Origin: Chitinophagales bacterium
Lineage (GTDB): Bacteria > Bacteroidota > Bacteroidia > Chitinophagales > JADIYW01
Reading direction: 5' to 3'
Assembly (NCBI GenBank): GCA_023957215.1
Contig: JAMLHH010000007.1
Span: forward strand, 20,768 to 84,767
Length of the DNA: 64,000 bases
The translations under genes were made by a program, and so were the position numbers. Each line of letters begins with the position of its first letter. Position 1 is the stretch's first letter. Below, piece after piece: positions 1-10,332 of this stretch. Below the pieces are notes generated by a model, which saw only the letters and a list, made by a program, of their open reading frames with translations, ran no database searches and was not told where the DNA came from.

Positions 1-155
1 TTGATTACTATCCTATCTTTGGCTTCGTTGATTTTTTTCTTGAAATCTCTAAAATCTTCTTTTTCTGTTTGCTCAACATTTTCTGCTGTTTCACTTTGTG
101 CAAAAACATAAGTGGAAAGAAATAAAAATGCGATTAATAAAAGGTGTTTATGCAT
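1..155 (-). CDS. 5' end of an exported protein (partial, runs off the window edge)
   Basis: Minus-strand ATG at 155-153. The frame stays open to position 1. The N-terminus MHKHLLLIAFLFLSTYVFAQ looks like a Sec signal peptide. Absent from the ORF track because it is truncated. Confidence 0.4.
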   Translation of the reverse strand, partial: MHKHLLLIAFLFLSTYVFAQSETAENVEQTEKEDFRDFKKKINEAKDRIVI

Positions 156-213
156 AATGTTTATTTATCAGATACAAAATAAAACAAAATTAATGTTTTT
201 CAATGTTTCTATC

Positions 214-1920
214 TTAGAAATTAATGGGTAGGTCATAATAATAATTAAAAATGCGTGTGTTTAGACCCAAACTAATAATTTTAGAGTTGATATCATTTGG
301 TAACTGTATGTCAGTCTGGTATTTTCTCAAATTTAATTGTGCCTCTATCATCATATTAATTTTTGGATTGAGGATATAGCCAATTCTCATTTCGGTATTG
401 ACAAATTTATAAGGTAAAAGACCTTGTCCTATTTCGGTTTTATCATAAAAATCAGCTTCGTTAAGAGAAAGCATGATATCGGTACCTACATTTAATCCCG
501 GCCCATCTATTGAAGATCTGCCAAAATTTACTTTTAGCTCAGCCACCAATCTTTTATACCTGTAATTTGCCAAGAAGATAAACTCGTCAAATCCGGCACC
601 CATCGGATGTGCAAGCGCTTGGTTATAATGACTGTAATGTGTGATGGTGTCTTTACCTTGATATGAATATGGTCTGACAATATTATACTCGACAAGGAAG
701 TTTAAATTTTTTACGCCGAATGCATCATAATATTTTGCACCCGCTTGCAAACCATTTCTGTTTTTAATGGAGCGAATATCGGTAGAAAAGTCTTGCAACA
801 TGATTTGTCCATACAAGACAATGTGTTTCGGTAAATTGAAGCTTGCGTTGAAACCATAAATTTTATTGGCATCCAAGTCTTTTTGCAATGCTCTGATTCC
901 TATAATGGGATTGATAATGTTTGCGTCAAACTTACGTTTGCCGTCAACTTCTGTGGTATTCCAAATTATTCCTTCAAAAACGCCTAACGATAACCACGGT
1001 GTTGCAGCCAAACTTAAATAATTAAAGGTAGCGGCTTTTCTTGGAAGACCCAAAGTGAAATCTGTTCCGGAGTTCACTTCATTGATAAGCTGTGAATAAA
1101 TATTGATGTATTTGAATTTCCAGAAGGTCGTTTCAAATTTAATATAAGGATATACGAAAGAATTATCGCTCAACAGCAAAGAGCGATAGCCGTCTCCGAT
1201 AAAATGTTTACCATGTCCTAATTCAAGACTGAAATACTTATTGGGTGTATAATTGATATAACCCATTGCTCTTGAAAAGTCGTAACCCTTGTCTTTGAAA
1301 TTTCTTACTTTGCCCTCGCCGGGTGCAGCTCTGTTTTTTCTGACAGATACATTTACATAATCGGGAAACACCGCTTGATTTTCCACAAAAGCAGAATAGA
1401 CAGATACTTTTGTCCCGATATTTGCCATGACTTCTATTCCCCTTGCATTATACGAGGTTTTAGTGCTATTGTTTCCCCGACCTATCTCGAAATGGAGTAT
1501 CGGATTTGCGGCGATATAAAATTTTCTTTTTTCATTTCCTTGAATATACTGATGACTGATGACTGTATCTCCATCTGTTATTTCCTCTTTCGTACTACTG
1601 ATAAAACCATTTTCATCAAATCTCACCCAATCTTCATAGCCGATAGTATTGATGACTTTTTTAAAACCGGTATAGGCATTCAATTTTTTCAGACCATACG
1701 TTGTATCCGGCAAAACCAGTTCATAGACTTCGCTGGCACGGTAAGGTTTGATTGCAGTATGAAAAGGGTGTTTCTTATCGGTATGATAAAGGTTTTTTTC
1801 ATAATTTAATCTATGTTCTCTATTGAGAGGTAGATGTAATTGTTGTGCTTGGGATGATGTGGCACAATAAAAGACAGTAAAAATTAGTAGTAGTATCTTA
1901 GTATGCTTTTTCTTCTCCAC
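214..1920 (-). CDS. Outer-membrane beta-barrel protein, capsule-assembly Wzi-like
   Basis: 568 aa with signal peptide MEKKKHTKILLLIFTVFYCATSSQAQQ and a C-terminal aromatic residue (F). It lies directly downstream of a polyprenyl-phosphate sugar transferase. The Wzi assignment is from memory of the family. Confidence 0.55.
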   Translation of the reverse strand: MEKKKHTKILLLIFTVFYCATSSQAQQLHLPLNREHRLNYEKNLYHTDKKHPFHTAIKPYRASEVYELVLPDTTYGLKKLNAYTGFKKVINTIGYEDWVRFDENGFISSTKEEITDGDTVISHQYIQGNEKRKFYIAANPILHFEIGRGNNSTKTSYNARGIEVMANIGTKVSVYSAFVENQAVFPDYVNVSVRKNRAAPGEGKVRNFKDKGYDFSRAMGYINYTPNKYFSLELGHGKHFIGDGYRSLLLSDNSFVYPYIKFETTFWKFKYINIYSQLINEVNSGTDFTLGLPRKAATFNYLSLAATPWLSLGVFEGIIWNTTEVDGKRKFDANIINPIIGIRALQKDLDANKIYGFNASFNLPKHIVLYGQIMLQDFSTDIRSIKNRNGLQAGAKYYDAFGVKNLNFLVEYNIVRPYSYQGKDTITHYSHYNQALAHPMGAGFDEFIFLANYRYKRLVAELKVNFGRSSIDGPGLNVGTDIMLSLNEADFYDKTEIGQGLLPYKFVNTEMRIGYILNPKINMMIEAQLNLRKYQTDIQLPNDINSKIISLGLNTRIFNYYYDLPINF

Positions 1921-3313
1921 GTAACATATTATAAATTGTCATAAAAATAATGCGAATATCTAATAAAAAAGTCCAATTTTCTAAATACCACAAATCAGCT
2001 TTTACTCTATTTTCCATCTCTACCGGTGTTTTAGTCTCGCCTCTATATCCTTTCACTTGTGCCCAACCGGTAATTCCCGGCTTTATAAAATGTCGAACCA
2101 TAAATTTGTCAACGATTTTAGAATATTGTTCCGTATGACTTAACATGTGAGGTCTCGGACCGATAATAGACATTTGACCCCAAAAAACATTGATAAACTG
2201 AGGCATTTCGTCTAAGTTGGTTTTTCTTAGAAAAGCACCAAGCGGTGTAATCCGCTTATCATCTTTTGTAGCTTGTAGAGTGTCGGAATCATTATTTACG
2301 TACATGGTTCTAAACTTATAAACTTCAAAAGGTTCATTGTTCATACCCGTTCTTTTTTGTATAAAAAATACAGGACCCTTGGAAGTTGTCTTGATAAGAA
2401 TGGCAATGAGTGGAATCAGCCACCACAAAATGGTGATAAACACTATCAATGAAAACCCGATATCAAAACCTCTTTTAATCGTCTTATTGATAAAATTATC
2501 TAAAGGCTCTTGTCGCAGAGTCATCACCGGATAAGTACCGAAATAGTCAATTTCCATTTTGTGAAATTGATTGGTCAAAAAACGACTGAAATCGGGAATG
2601 ATTTTTAATCTGATGAGATGCTCATCGGTGAATGAGATAATGTCTAAAATCTTTTCTTCCTCTTTATACGGTAATGCACAAAAAACAATATCAATATCGT
2701 TATCCATCGCATACTTTTTACTTTCATTTACATTGCCGAGGATTTTGTCTTTTACATTTTGAAAACGCTCAGGTTCATCATCAAAAAAACCGATAAACTT
2801 AAAACCAAACTCCAAATTCTCATCCAGCATCTTTTTGAACTCTTGTCCGGTCTTTCCTGCACCTATGATGATGGCGCGCCGGTTATTATGTCCTTTTGAC
2901 CTATAAAACCTGACTATCCTGATAAAGCCGAAACGCCAAATACAAGTGAGTGCGAAAGATAAACCATAGGTGATTAATAATACCTCTCTCGATATTTTAA
3001 AAGTATTGTTGAGGTCTTTAAAAACGACGATATATGAGAATGCAAGGACTATCTGAAAGAAAAAAAGTTTTATCAACTTGATGAGAACGGCATCGGTTTT
3101 TGTATTTCTGTACATCTCAAAAGTACCGCTGAGCTGGGCAGAAAAAATGTATATAATATTCAGATACACAAAGAGCTGTTGATACTTATCGTCTAATAGA
3201 TAATAAAGACTGTCCATTGAGAAATAAATAGCAAACAGATAGCTGATAAGAATAATCAGCATATCCCCGGCTAAGTGTGTCAAAACATATAGGTTGGTTA
3301 TTTTTTTTCTCAT
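1898..3313 (-). CDS. Polyprenyl-phosphate hexose-1-phosphate transferase (bacterial sugar transferase, WbaP/WcaJ class)
   Basis: 471 aa with N-terminal TM helices. The C-terminal catalytic block (...LDEMPQFINVFWGQMSIIGPRP...ITGWAQV...) is typical of the Bac_transf domain. Confidence 0.85.
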   Translation of the reverse strand: MRKKITNLYVLTHLAGDMLIILISYLFAIYFSMDSLYYLLDDKYQQLFVYLNIIYIFSAQLSGTFEMYRNTKTDAVLIKLIKLFFFQIVLAFSYIVVFKDLNNTFKISREVLLITYGLSFALTCIWRFGFIRIVRFYRSKGHNNRRAIIIGAGKTGQEFKKMLDENLEFGFKFIGFFDDEPERFQNVKDKILGNVNESKKYAMDNDIDIVFCALPYKEEEKILDIISFTDEHLIRLKIIPDFSRFLTNQFHKMEIDYFGTYPVMTLRQEPLDNFINKTIKRGFDIGFSLIVFITILWWLIPLIAILIKTTSKGPVFFIQKRTGMNNEPFEVYKFRTMYVNNDSDTLQATKDDKRITPLGAFLRKTNLDEMPQFINVFWGQMSIIGPRPHMLSHTEQYSKIVDKFMVRHFIKPGITGWAQVKGYRGETKTPVEMENRVKADLWYLENWTFLLDIRIIFMTIYNMLRGEEKAY

Positions 3314-3482
3314 TTACAGATATATAATGCCTTTATTAAATTTAGTGAAGAATAAATGTAGATGCTAAATTAGTTATTTACAAACATTTAATTGTCTTTT
3401 ATTTAACTTTGATTGAAATCTTTTGAAGATAAAGATGTAATATTACGTCCTAAGTAAAATAAAATAAGTAAATCATATCGTT

Positions 3483-4484
3483 ATGGCAGAAAATAATGAA
3501 GAAAAGCAAAAAGCATTACAACTTACCATTGCAAAGTTAGACAAACTGTACGGGAAAGGGGCGGTGATGAAATTAGGGGAATCTTCCGTAGTGGAGGCGG
3601 ATACTATTTCTACCGGTTCTTTGGGTTTGGATTTGGCTTTGGGTATAGGTGGATTTCCTAAAGGAAGGATTATTGAGATTTACGGTCCCGAATCTTCAGG
3701 TAAAACTACTTTGGCTCTACATGCAATTGCAGAAGCACAAAAGAAAGGCGGAGTTGCTTTGATGATAGATGCCGAACATGCTTTTGATAAGACGTATGCT
3801 GCTGCTTTGGGTGTGGATGTGGACAATCTTTTGATAGCTCAACCGGATGATGGAGAGCAGGCGTTAGATATTGCCGAACACATGATCCGCTCAAGTGGAG
3901 TGGCCATCGTGGTGATAGACTCTGTTGCTGCTTTAGTGCCGAGAGGAGAACTCGAAGGTGATATGGGAGATTCTAAAATGGGCTTACAAGCTCGTCTGAT
4001 GTCACAAGCGATGAGAAAATTGACAGGTGCAATTAATAAGACAAATTGTACTTGTGTCTTTATCAATCAGTTAAGAGATAAAATAGGAGTGATGTTTGGC
4101 AGTCCGGAAACTACTACCGGTGGAAATGCTTTAAAATTTTACGCATCTATACGTTTGGATATCAGAAGAATAGGGCAAATAAAGGACAAGGAAAACGAAA
4201 TCATTGGTAATCAAACGAGGGTGAAGGTTGTCAAAAATAAATTGGCACCTCCGTTCAAAAAAGTGGAGTTTGATATCATTTATGGCGAAGGTATTTCCAA
4301 ATTGGGAGAGTTAGTGGACATGGGTGTCGAATTGGGTATTTTTTCAAAAAGTGGTACTTGGTACAGTTATCAAGAGCATAAATTGGGACAAGGAAGAGAC
4401 GCTGCCAAGCAATTCTTAAAAGACAATCCCGAACTTGCCCAAGAGGTCGAAGATCAAATCAGGAAATTGTCCAAAACGGAATAG
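3483..4484 (+). CDS. recA: Recombinase RecA
   Basis: 333 aa with Walker [11 protein letters not shown]. The sequence reads as canonical RecA throughout (...[34 protein letters not shown]...). Confidence 0.97.
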   Translation: MAENNEEKQKALQLTIAKLDKLYGKGAVMKLGESSVVEADTISTGSLGLDLALGIGGFPKGRIIEIYGPESSGKTTLALHAIAEAQKKGGVALMIDAEHAFDKTYAAALGVDVDNLLIAQPDDGEQALDIAEHMIRSSGVAIVVIDSVAALVPRGELEGDMGDSKMGLQARLMSQAMRKLTGAINKTNCTCVFINQLRDKIGVMFGSPETTTGGNALKFYASIRLDIRRIGQIKDKENEIIGNQTRVKVVKNKLAPPFKKVEFDIIYGEGISKLGELVDMGVELGIFSKSGTWYSYQEHKLGQGRDAAKQFLKDNPELAQEVEDQIRKLSKTE

Positions 4485-4532
4485 AATTTCAACTTTCTGT
4501 CTTCTTAAACATTTGTTCTTTAAAAGCAAATC

Positions 4533-5279
4533 ATGGATGAACTAACAAAGGAGAGTCATATCATTGAGAAGTTTAGAGATATGGTCAATAAACGTTATCA
4601 GTATGATGAACTCAAAAAGAGATTTAATTTGCCAAGTAATATTAATGAGGAAGTCATTGATGATGTCAAAGAGTATTTTCTCGGGACTATCTATCCTGAT
4701 TTTGCAGAAAGACAGCGATTGGAAGCTGCATTTGGAAATCTTGCCAATTACATGAAACAGCCCAGAAAGATTTGGGGTTTATTTGGCAATATGACGACAG
4801 CAGTTTTTAAATTCGGAAGACATTTTTTTCAAGCTTTTAAAGCCGGACTTGCGTCTTTGGATTCTTTTTTGGGTGCAAAAAAGTTTGAACAGAATATGGC
4901 AGCAATTGCCAATAAAAATAATATTCACCCTCCGATTTCTGATGAAGAATATGAAAAGTGTTATCACCTCATGCAGAAGTCGGAGATTGAAAAATTTATC
5001 CATGATATCAAGTCACTTTTTGGAGCAATGGTCAATACTCCGCTTCTGTTAAAAACTTTGGAAATTCTCGACAATGTGGTGGAAACGATGAAAAAGAAAC
5101 CACACATTTATCCGCAAGATGATATAGACGGCATTTTATTGGGAAGATCTTTGCTCAATAGAGGTTATGAACTGTTTTCCAAGTACGATGAAGATACAAA
5201 GCAGAAAATGGTAGAGGTGATTTATCAAAACGAGTTATGGTATATGAATTATATTTTTGAGAGAAAAGATTTTAAATAA
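4533..5279 (+). CDS. Hypothetical protein (soluble, helical)
   Basis: 248-aa ORF between recA and the RidA gene. Its stop overlaps the RidA start (TAATG). I recognise no family. Confidence 0.55.
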   Translation: MDELTKESHIIEKFRDMVNKRYQYDELKKRFNLPSNINEEVIDDVKEYFLGTIYPDFAERQRLEAAFGNLANYMKQPRKIWGLFGNMTTAVFKFGRHFFQAFKAGLASLDSFLGAKKFEQNMAAIANKNNIHPPISDEEYEKCYHLMQKSEIEKFIHDIKSLFGAMVNTPLLLKTLEILDNVVETMKKKPHIYPQDDIDGILLGRSLLNRGYELFSKYDEDTKQKMVEVIYQNELWYMNYIFERKDFK

Positions 5280-5659
5280 TGGCAAGAAGAATAGTTTACA
5301 CAGAATCAGCCCCCGACCCGATAGGGCCATATAGTCAAGCTGTATTTGTCAATGGTACTTTATACGTTTCCGGTCAAATCGCTTTAGATGCATTTTCCAA
5401 TACTTTGGTGACAGACAATATCAAAAACGAGACTACACAAGTGATGGAAAATATTAGAGCCATTTTAGCAGCGGCGGAGATGGATTTTTCCAATATCGTG
5501 AAATCCAGTATCTTTTTGAGTGATATCGCTTTGTTTCCAAAGGTCAATGAAGTGTACGGAAGTTTTTTTGATGAAAATCCGCCTGCAAGAGAGACTGTAG
5601 AAGTTGCTGCATTGCCCAGAAATGTCAATGTGGAGATTTCAGTGATTGCGGTGAGGTAG
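5279..5659 (+). CDS. RidA/YjgF-family reactive-intermediate deaminase
   Basis: 126 aa. ...APDPIGPYSQAVFVNGTLYVSGQIAL...PARETVEVAALPRNVNVEI... is typical of the YjgF/RidA family. Confidence 0.9.
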   Translation: MARRIVYTESAPDPIGPYSQAVFVNGTLYVSGQIALDAFSNTLVTDNIKNETTQVMENIRAILAAAEMDFSNIVKSSIFLSDIALFPKVNEVYGSFFDENPPARETVEVAALPRNVNVEISVIAVR

Positions 5660-5709
5660 CATAATATCTCCTTTTATTTTTTTTGGGGTTATAAGTTGAT
5701 AAGGCTCTT

Positions 5710-5988
5710 TCACTTTGCTTTTGTGCAAATAACATTAAGAATATAAACAACGCTTTGTTCTTCTTTATATAGAATTTTATAGTCTCTAATGATTATCTTT
5801 CTGTATTCTGGAAAAACTTCATCTTTTTGATGTTGCTCTGCAAATAAAATCTTTTTTGAAGCGTTTATAATATATTTTTTGACTATATCTCTAGCCACAG
5901 GTATTTCAGAATAACGATATTGGAAAATAGCTTGGAGAGATTCTCTAGCTTGTCTAATCCAAACAACTCTTTTGATTTCTTTAGACAT
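5710..5988 (-). CDS. Type II toxin, ParE/RelE family
   Basis: 92 aa, basic, with a ...YKILYKEEQSVVYILNVI... C-terminal pattern typical of ParE/RelE. It lies 5 nt downstream of a small acidic partner ORF. Confidence 0.65.
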   Translation of the reverse strand: MSKEIKRVVWIRQARESLQAIFQYRYSEIPVARDIVKKYIINASKKILFAEQHQKDEVFPEYRKIIIRDYKILYKEEQSVVYILNVICTKAK

Positions 5989-5993
5989 TATCT

Positions 5994-6221
5994 CTACTTC
6001 ATTTCATCTACATCAACAAAATCTTCATTGAGAATCTGCTTTTCTGCCTCATCAAGAGCTTCTTTATATGCAGACCTTGTCATCGGCTGTCCATCTGGAT
6101 GAAATGCAACGATATCATTACTGTAATAGTTTTCAAAAACACTATTTACTATGGACAAAACTCTATCGTCTGCTTTTCCTATAAAGGAGTAGATCTTTTT
6201 CTTTAAAGAATTAGAGTCCAT
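5994..6221 (-). CDS. Putative cognate antitoxin
   Basis: 75-aa acidic ORF immediately upstream of the ParE-like toxin on the same strand. Called from size and arrangement only. Confidence 0.5.
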   Translation of the reverse strand: MDSNSLKKKIYSFIGKADDRVLSIVNSVFENYYSNDIVAFHPDGQPMTRSAYKEALDEAEKQILNEDFVDVDEMK

Positions 6222-6280
6222 AAAATAGACATTTAGACTTTAATAAACATACACGAAAATATCCCCATTTTAGATAGATT

Positions 6281-6685
6281 TTATTCGACCGATTTTACAG
6301 CGGAGACACTATCTTTTGAATTGAACAATCCTTGAAGGGTGTCTTGGGAGATTTTTATTACCCGAAGAAAGATATCGGGATTCTTCACATAGTACCGATA
6401 AGAATAAAAAGCCTGACTGTCTTTGAGTTGATATTTTTGATTGATGACATCTGTAATGGCATTTTGAAAATCTTGTATAGATAGCGTAGAATCACTGCTT
6501 ACAGTATTGTCAGAATAATTTTGTAACAAAAGGATATCTGCTAAGACTTGTCCCATCTGGTGCTCACTCAATAAATCTTTGGGTTTAGGAATATCTAATT
6601 TACTTTGACATGAAAGCAAACTCATAAAACAAAGACCGCAGATAAGTATTGTATATTTGTACTGATTTATAAAATAAAGTTTCAT
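6281..6685 (-). CDS. Lipoprotein, DUF4296-like
   Basis: The track ORF starts at 6733. The lipoprotein signal MKLYFINQYKYTILICGLCFMSLLSC begins at the Met encoded at 6685. The start is uncertain (6685, 6688, 6691 or 6733). Confidence 0.5.
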   Translation of the reverse strand: MKLYFINQYKYTILICGLCFMSLLSCQSKLDIPKPKDLLSEHQMGQVLADILLLQNYSDNTVSSDSTLSIQDFQNAITDVINQKYQLKDSQAFYSYRYYVKNPDIFLRVIKISQDTLQGLFNSKDSVSAVKSVE

Positions 6686-6689
6686 CATC

Positions 6690-7352
6690 ATGGATACCTT
6701 GGATAAAATTAATAAAAAACTCAAAGAATACAATGCAAAATTAGTGGCTGTCGGTAAGACACATCCCGTAGAGGCTATACAAAAGATTTATGATAGAGGT
6801 CAAAGAGTGTTTGGTGAGAACCGTGTTCAAGAAATTTTAGAGAAAAAAGACCTCTTGCCGGCAGATATCCAATGGCAGATGATAGGAAATTTGCAAAGAA
6901 ACAAGGTCAAATATATCGCTCCATTTATAGCAATGATACATTCGGTAGATTCTGAAAAATTACTGTCTGAAATCCAAAGACAAGCTGAAAAAAATCATCG
7001 TGTAATAGATATTCTTTTGGAAGTGCACATCGCAAAAGAAAATACGAAAGAAGGAATGTCAAGAGATACTCTTTTTGACCTTGCTGAAAAAATTGCTCAA
7101 AATACTTTTCCGAATATCCAATGTCGAGGTGTGATGGGAATGGCAACTTTTACTGATAAGCAAGAACAAGTCAAAAGCGAATTTAGAATTTTAAAAACTT
7201 ATTTTGATAAGATAAAAGGTGATATATTGACAAAAAACTCTTTTGATACTATTTCTATGGGTATGTCAGGTGATTATGAAATGGCTTTGGAAGAAGGAAG
7301 TAATATGGTGAGGATAGGTAGCTTAATCTTTGGTCAAAGAGAATACAAATGA
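6690..7352 (+). CDS. yggS: YggS-family pyridoxal-phosphate homeostasis protein
   Basis: 220 aa. ...LVAVGKTHP...GENRVQE...WQMIGNLQRNKVKY...IHSVDS...MGMSGDYEMALEEGSNMVRIGSLIFG is canonical YggS/PROSC. Confidence 0.9.
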   Translation: MDTLDKINKKLKEYNAKLVAVGKTHPVEAIQKIYDRGQRVFGENRVQEILEKKDLLPADIQWQMIGNLQRNKVKYIAPFIAMIHSVDSEKLLSEIQRQAEKNHRVIDILLEVHIAKENTKEGMSRDTLFDLAEKIAQNTFPNIQCRGVMGMATFTDKQEQVKSEFRILKTYFDKIKGDILTKNSFDTISMGMSGDYEMALEEGSNMVRIGSLIFGQREYK

Positions 7353-8113
7353 GTTTAAAAGTCTGTTTGAGTATTTTCGTTTTAATCACAACTTTCAATC
7401 TTTCTGCTCAAATTACCAATGTGGAAAGTCAGAGAAGAAAGACTGATACCACAGGATGGTACGGTGAATCCAATATTGGTTTCAAATTATTGAAAGAAGT
7501 CAATCGGGTTTTCGGTTTGAATGCGGATGTCAGAATCCAATATAAGCAAACAAAGAATCTCTATTTACTCTTGGGAGATTATCATTGGTCACAGTCAGGA
7601 GGAAATGTGTTCGTACATAACGCATATATTCATTTCAGATACAACAGAAGTATGAAGCCTAAATGGTTAAAATGGGAGTTTTTTACACAAGCGCAATTTA
7701 ATAAAATGACCAAAGTCAATCTGAGATTACTCAATGGAAGTGGATTCCGATTCAAAGCATCAGGTGGGAAAAAGGCTGTTTTGTATGTGGGAACAGGATA
7801 TATGTATGAATGGACTAAAGAGCTTGATGTCGAAAAACTGACTGTTAATAAATCGGAACACCGTATGAGTTCTTATATTTCTACAAGTATTTTTCCCAAT
7901 GACGTGGTATCTATAATATCTACCTCTTATTATCAACCACGGATAGACCGATGGTCGGATTATAGATTCAGTAGTATCAATGAATTGAAGGTGAAATTGT
8001 CAAGAATGTTTACACTCGGTACCGTTTTCAATATAAGTTATGACAAATCGCCGGTGCTTGGAATCCCACGACTCAATTATTCTATTGAAAATAAATTAGG
8101 TATTGTTTTCTAA
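7349..8113 (+). CDS. Outer-membrane beta-barrel protein, DUF481-like
   Basis: 254 aa with a signal peptide, alternating beta-strand pattern and terminal F. ATGA overlap with yggS. Confidence 0.5.
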   Translation: MSLKVCLSIFVLITTFNLSAQITNVESQRRKTDTTGWYGESNIGFKLLKEVNRVFGLNADVRIQYKQTKNLYLLLGDYHWSQSGGNVFVHNAYIHFRYNRSMKPKWLKWEFFTQAQFNKMTKVNLRLLNGSGFRFKASGGKKAVLYVGTGYMYEWTKELDVEKLTVNKSEHRMSSYISTSIFPNDVVSIISTSYYQPRIDRWSDYRFSSINELKVKLSRMFTLGTVFNISYDKSPVLGIPRLNYSIENKLGIVF

Positions 8114-8135
8114 TCTTTTTTAGAAGATAAAACAC

Positions 8136-10280
8136 TTACTGCTTAATAAATGATGAGGAATATTTTTTACCGTCAGTAGAAAGTATCACCTGATACATCC
8201 CGCTTGCAAGCGAACTGACATCTATTTTGAGATGGCTGCTGTCAAAAGTAGAGGAGACGGAATGTTTTTTACCGCTCATGTCTAAAAGTTCCCATTTTGC
8301 ATTTTGACTATTCAATATCTGATGGTTGAAGGTGATAGAAATTGAGCTGTTGGCAGGATTGGGATACAAATTTAAGCTATTGACATCCGTCTTGTTTTTA
8401 ATGGCAGTCGGCACACCTGTATCATTGTCACTTTGGATAGGAATGGAAAGATAACCTACGGAATAACCGGGGATGGTGAAATCAGTGCTGATATCAATAT
8501 TCTTTCTTTGAGAGATATTTACATTTTCACCTTTATCGTCACCCAAATCGGTATGGTTAAAAATAAGACCATTGCTTGTATAAATATGTCCGGCACTCAG
8601 ATACATAGCTTCTGCATCATCAGTAATGATTTGACTTGTGTTTTGTAGAGTGCTGTCTATACTGAATGCAATATCACTCATAGGATTGATTTGAATGTCT
8701 TCGCCTGATTTATTACTAAAAACGAGAATGAGATTTCCTAAATTTTCTCCACTTTGAGATGAAGTAGGTTCAAAATACGTTTTGGTAAATAAATCCATAC
8801 GTTCCAAGTTTTTGGTGTTACTAGCCATTCCTTTTAACTGATAAAGTTTTTTTCTTGCCAAATTTCCCAAAATGGCATAAGCACTATAAGTCGTTCTTTT
8901 GATTTTGTCGTAATCACCATTTAATTCTACTTTGGAAGCATAGGCGCCATAGTTGTAATCGTCACGGTGACTGACCCATAAATGCGGAAATGCAAACTTC
9001 ACAAAGTCGGAATTGTTGATATTATCTACAAATTCGATGAACGCTTCTACTTGTGTTGCGGCATGAAAGAAAGTATTTTGCCATTGTGCAAAAAAGCCAT
9101 AGGCAAATCCATTGTCCGTATTGTACTCGGTCAGCCACATTTGTTTGCCGTTTTGTTTCATATTGAAGAAGGCTTCATATTGTTTTTCAATAGCAGGTAT
9201 TTTTTTGTGAATGAATAGGTCTGTCGTTTCTTTTACATCTCTCAGATTATTGGCATTTTCAGGGTTTTCGGATATCAAAGGATCTACTTTTAAGTCGCCG
9301 CCTGCTTTAAAATAAAGGTGATGGATAATACCATCTACAAGTGGTAAGATAGAATCTCTGATGCCCTCATTCCATAGCAAGTTCATGTTTTGCTGTTTAC
9401 CTTCGGCAGTGATCACTCCAATGGGTACGGCAGTCGGCAAGGTTTTTCCATCCTTTACAAGAATATTGTTAAAAAAACGGATGATGGATTTGTAATATGA
9501 AATATGGGTTAATAGAGAACTTCTATACTTTTTTTCATTCAACAACCACGCCAGACCATTGTTGACTTCATTGTATTTTTCACCGGTGGTGGGTTGATGA
9601 AAATAAAACTCATTCCCATATTCTATCCCATCCAATTCAATGGAAGGGTGGTGAATTAAGATGTTAAAGACATCTGCGATATCTTTTATTCTCATATAAA
9701 AATCTGCTGTAATCTCACCATTCTCCATGAGTTGTTCGGCTTCCGCCAAGCTGGATATTTTATCGAGTTGGTGAATTTCTTGTTTGTTGTGGAGGTAAAA
9801 AGTGAAAATATTGGGTAGCCAAACTATCTTTTTCTTTTTATTATATATTTCTTGATATCTGTCTGCAAAATCCAGCATATCATAGATGTAATTTCTTGGA
9901 GTGGTGGCTTCAAAAGACATACAGTATTCACTGCCTTTCGGCAAGTTGCATTTCATAGGATGATCTACATTCTCCACCTCTTCTCTTAGTAAGCCATAAC
10001 CTTTGGATGTCCCGTTAAAAAAGTGATAAAAGTTAGCCGTTGCGCCTCCCGGCCATCTATAAATTAAATCTTCGGCATACATCATGTCCTGAAAAATCTC
10101 TTCCGGCATAACTCCGTTTTCATCAAGTGTCCTATAATGCATTCTTTCGACATTGACACCCATAGCATCGTAATGTATTTCTCTACCGATGGAATCTAGA
10201 TTGATCTCAACAGTTAAACGATTTTGTCCAAATACGGATAAAGGAATTATCCATAATAAAAGGTATAAAACTTTCTGCAT
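8136..10280 (-). CDS. T9SS-secreted protein with a clan GH-A-like (TIM-barrel glycosidase-like) domain
   Basis: 714 aa with a signal peptide. The C-terminal ...LNLYPNPANSSISITF...GMYQVILSTDGKKYSSSFIKQ is a type-A T9SS sorting domain. IEYGNEFYF and MWLTEYNTDNG resemble the NE acid/base and TE nucleophile motifs of clan GH-A. Confidence 0.7.
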   Translation of the reverse strand: MQKVLYLLLWIIPLSVFGQNRLTVEINLDSIGREIHYDAMGVNVERMHYRTLDENGVMPEEIFQDMMYAEDLIYRWPGGATANFYHFFNGTSKGYGLLREEVENVDHPMKCNLPKGSEYCMSFEATTPRNYIYDMLDFADRYQEIYNKKKKIVWLPNIFTFYLHNKQEIHQLDKISSLAEAEQLMENGEITADFYMRIKDIADVFNILIHHPSIELDGIEYGNEFYFHQPTTGEKYNEVNNGLAWLLNEKKYRSSLLTHISYYKSIIRFFNNILVKDGKTLPTAVPIGVITAEGKQQNMNLLWNEGIRDSILPLVDGIIHHLYFKAGGDLKVDPLISENPENANNLRDVKETTDLFIHKKIPAIEKQYEAFFNMKQNGKQMWLTEYNTDNGFAYGFFAQWQNTFFHAATQVEAFIEFVDNINNSDFVKFAFPHLWVSHRDDYNYGAYASKVELNGDYDKIKRTTYSAYAILGNLARKKLYQLKGMASNTKNLERMDLFTKTYFEPTSSQSGENLGNLILVFSNKSGEDIQINPMSDIAFSIDSTLQNTSQIITDDAEAMYLSAGHIYTSNGLIFNHTDLGDDKGENVNISQRKNIDISTDFTIPGYSVGYLSIPIQSDNDTGVPTAIKNKTDVNSLNLYPNPANSSISITFNHQILNSQNAKWELLDMSGKKHSVSSTFDSSHLKIDVSSLASGMYQVILSTDGKKYSSSFIKQ

Positions 10281-10332
10281 AAGCCCACAATATTAAGTGT
10301 TTTTATAATGATAAGCAAGACCTGTTATGAGT

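Noticed and set aside
1375-1809. Many 60-145-aa ORFs on the track lie antisense to, or out of frame within, long well-supported genes. Examples are 1375-1809, 3706-4066, 10673-11020, 30679-31560, 42383-43855 and 59167-59571.
   Set aside because: They lie entirely inside confidently identified genes, have low-complexity or odd composition, and match no recognisable family. I treat them as shadow ORFs typical of AT-rich DNA.
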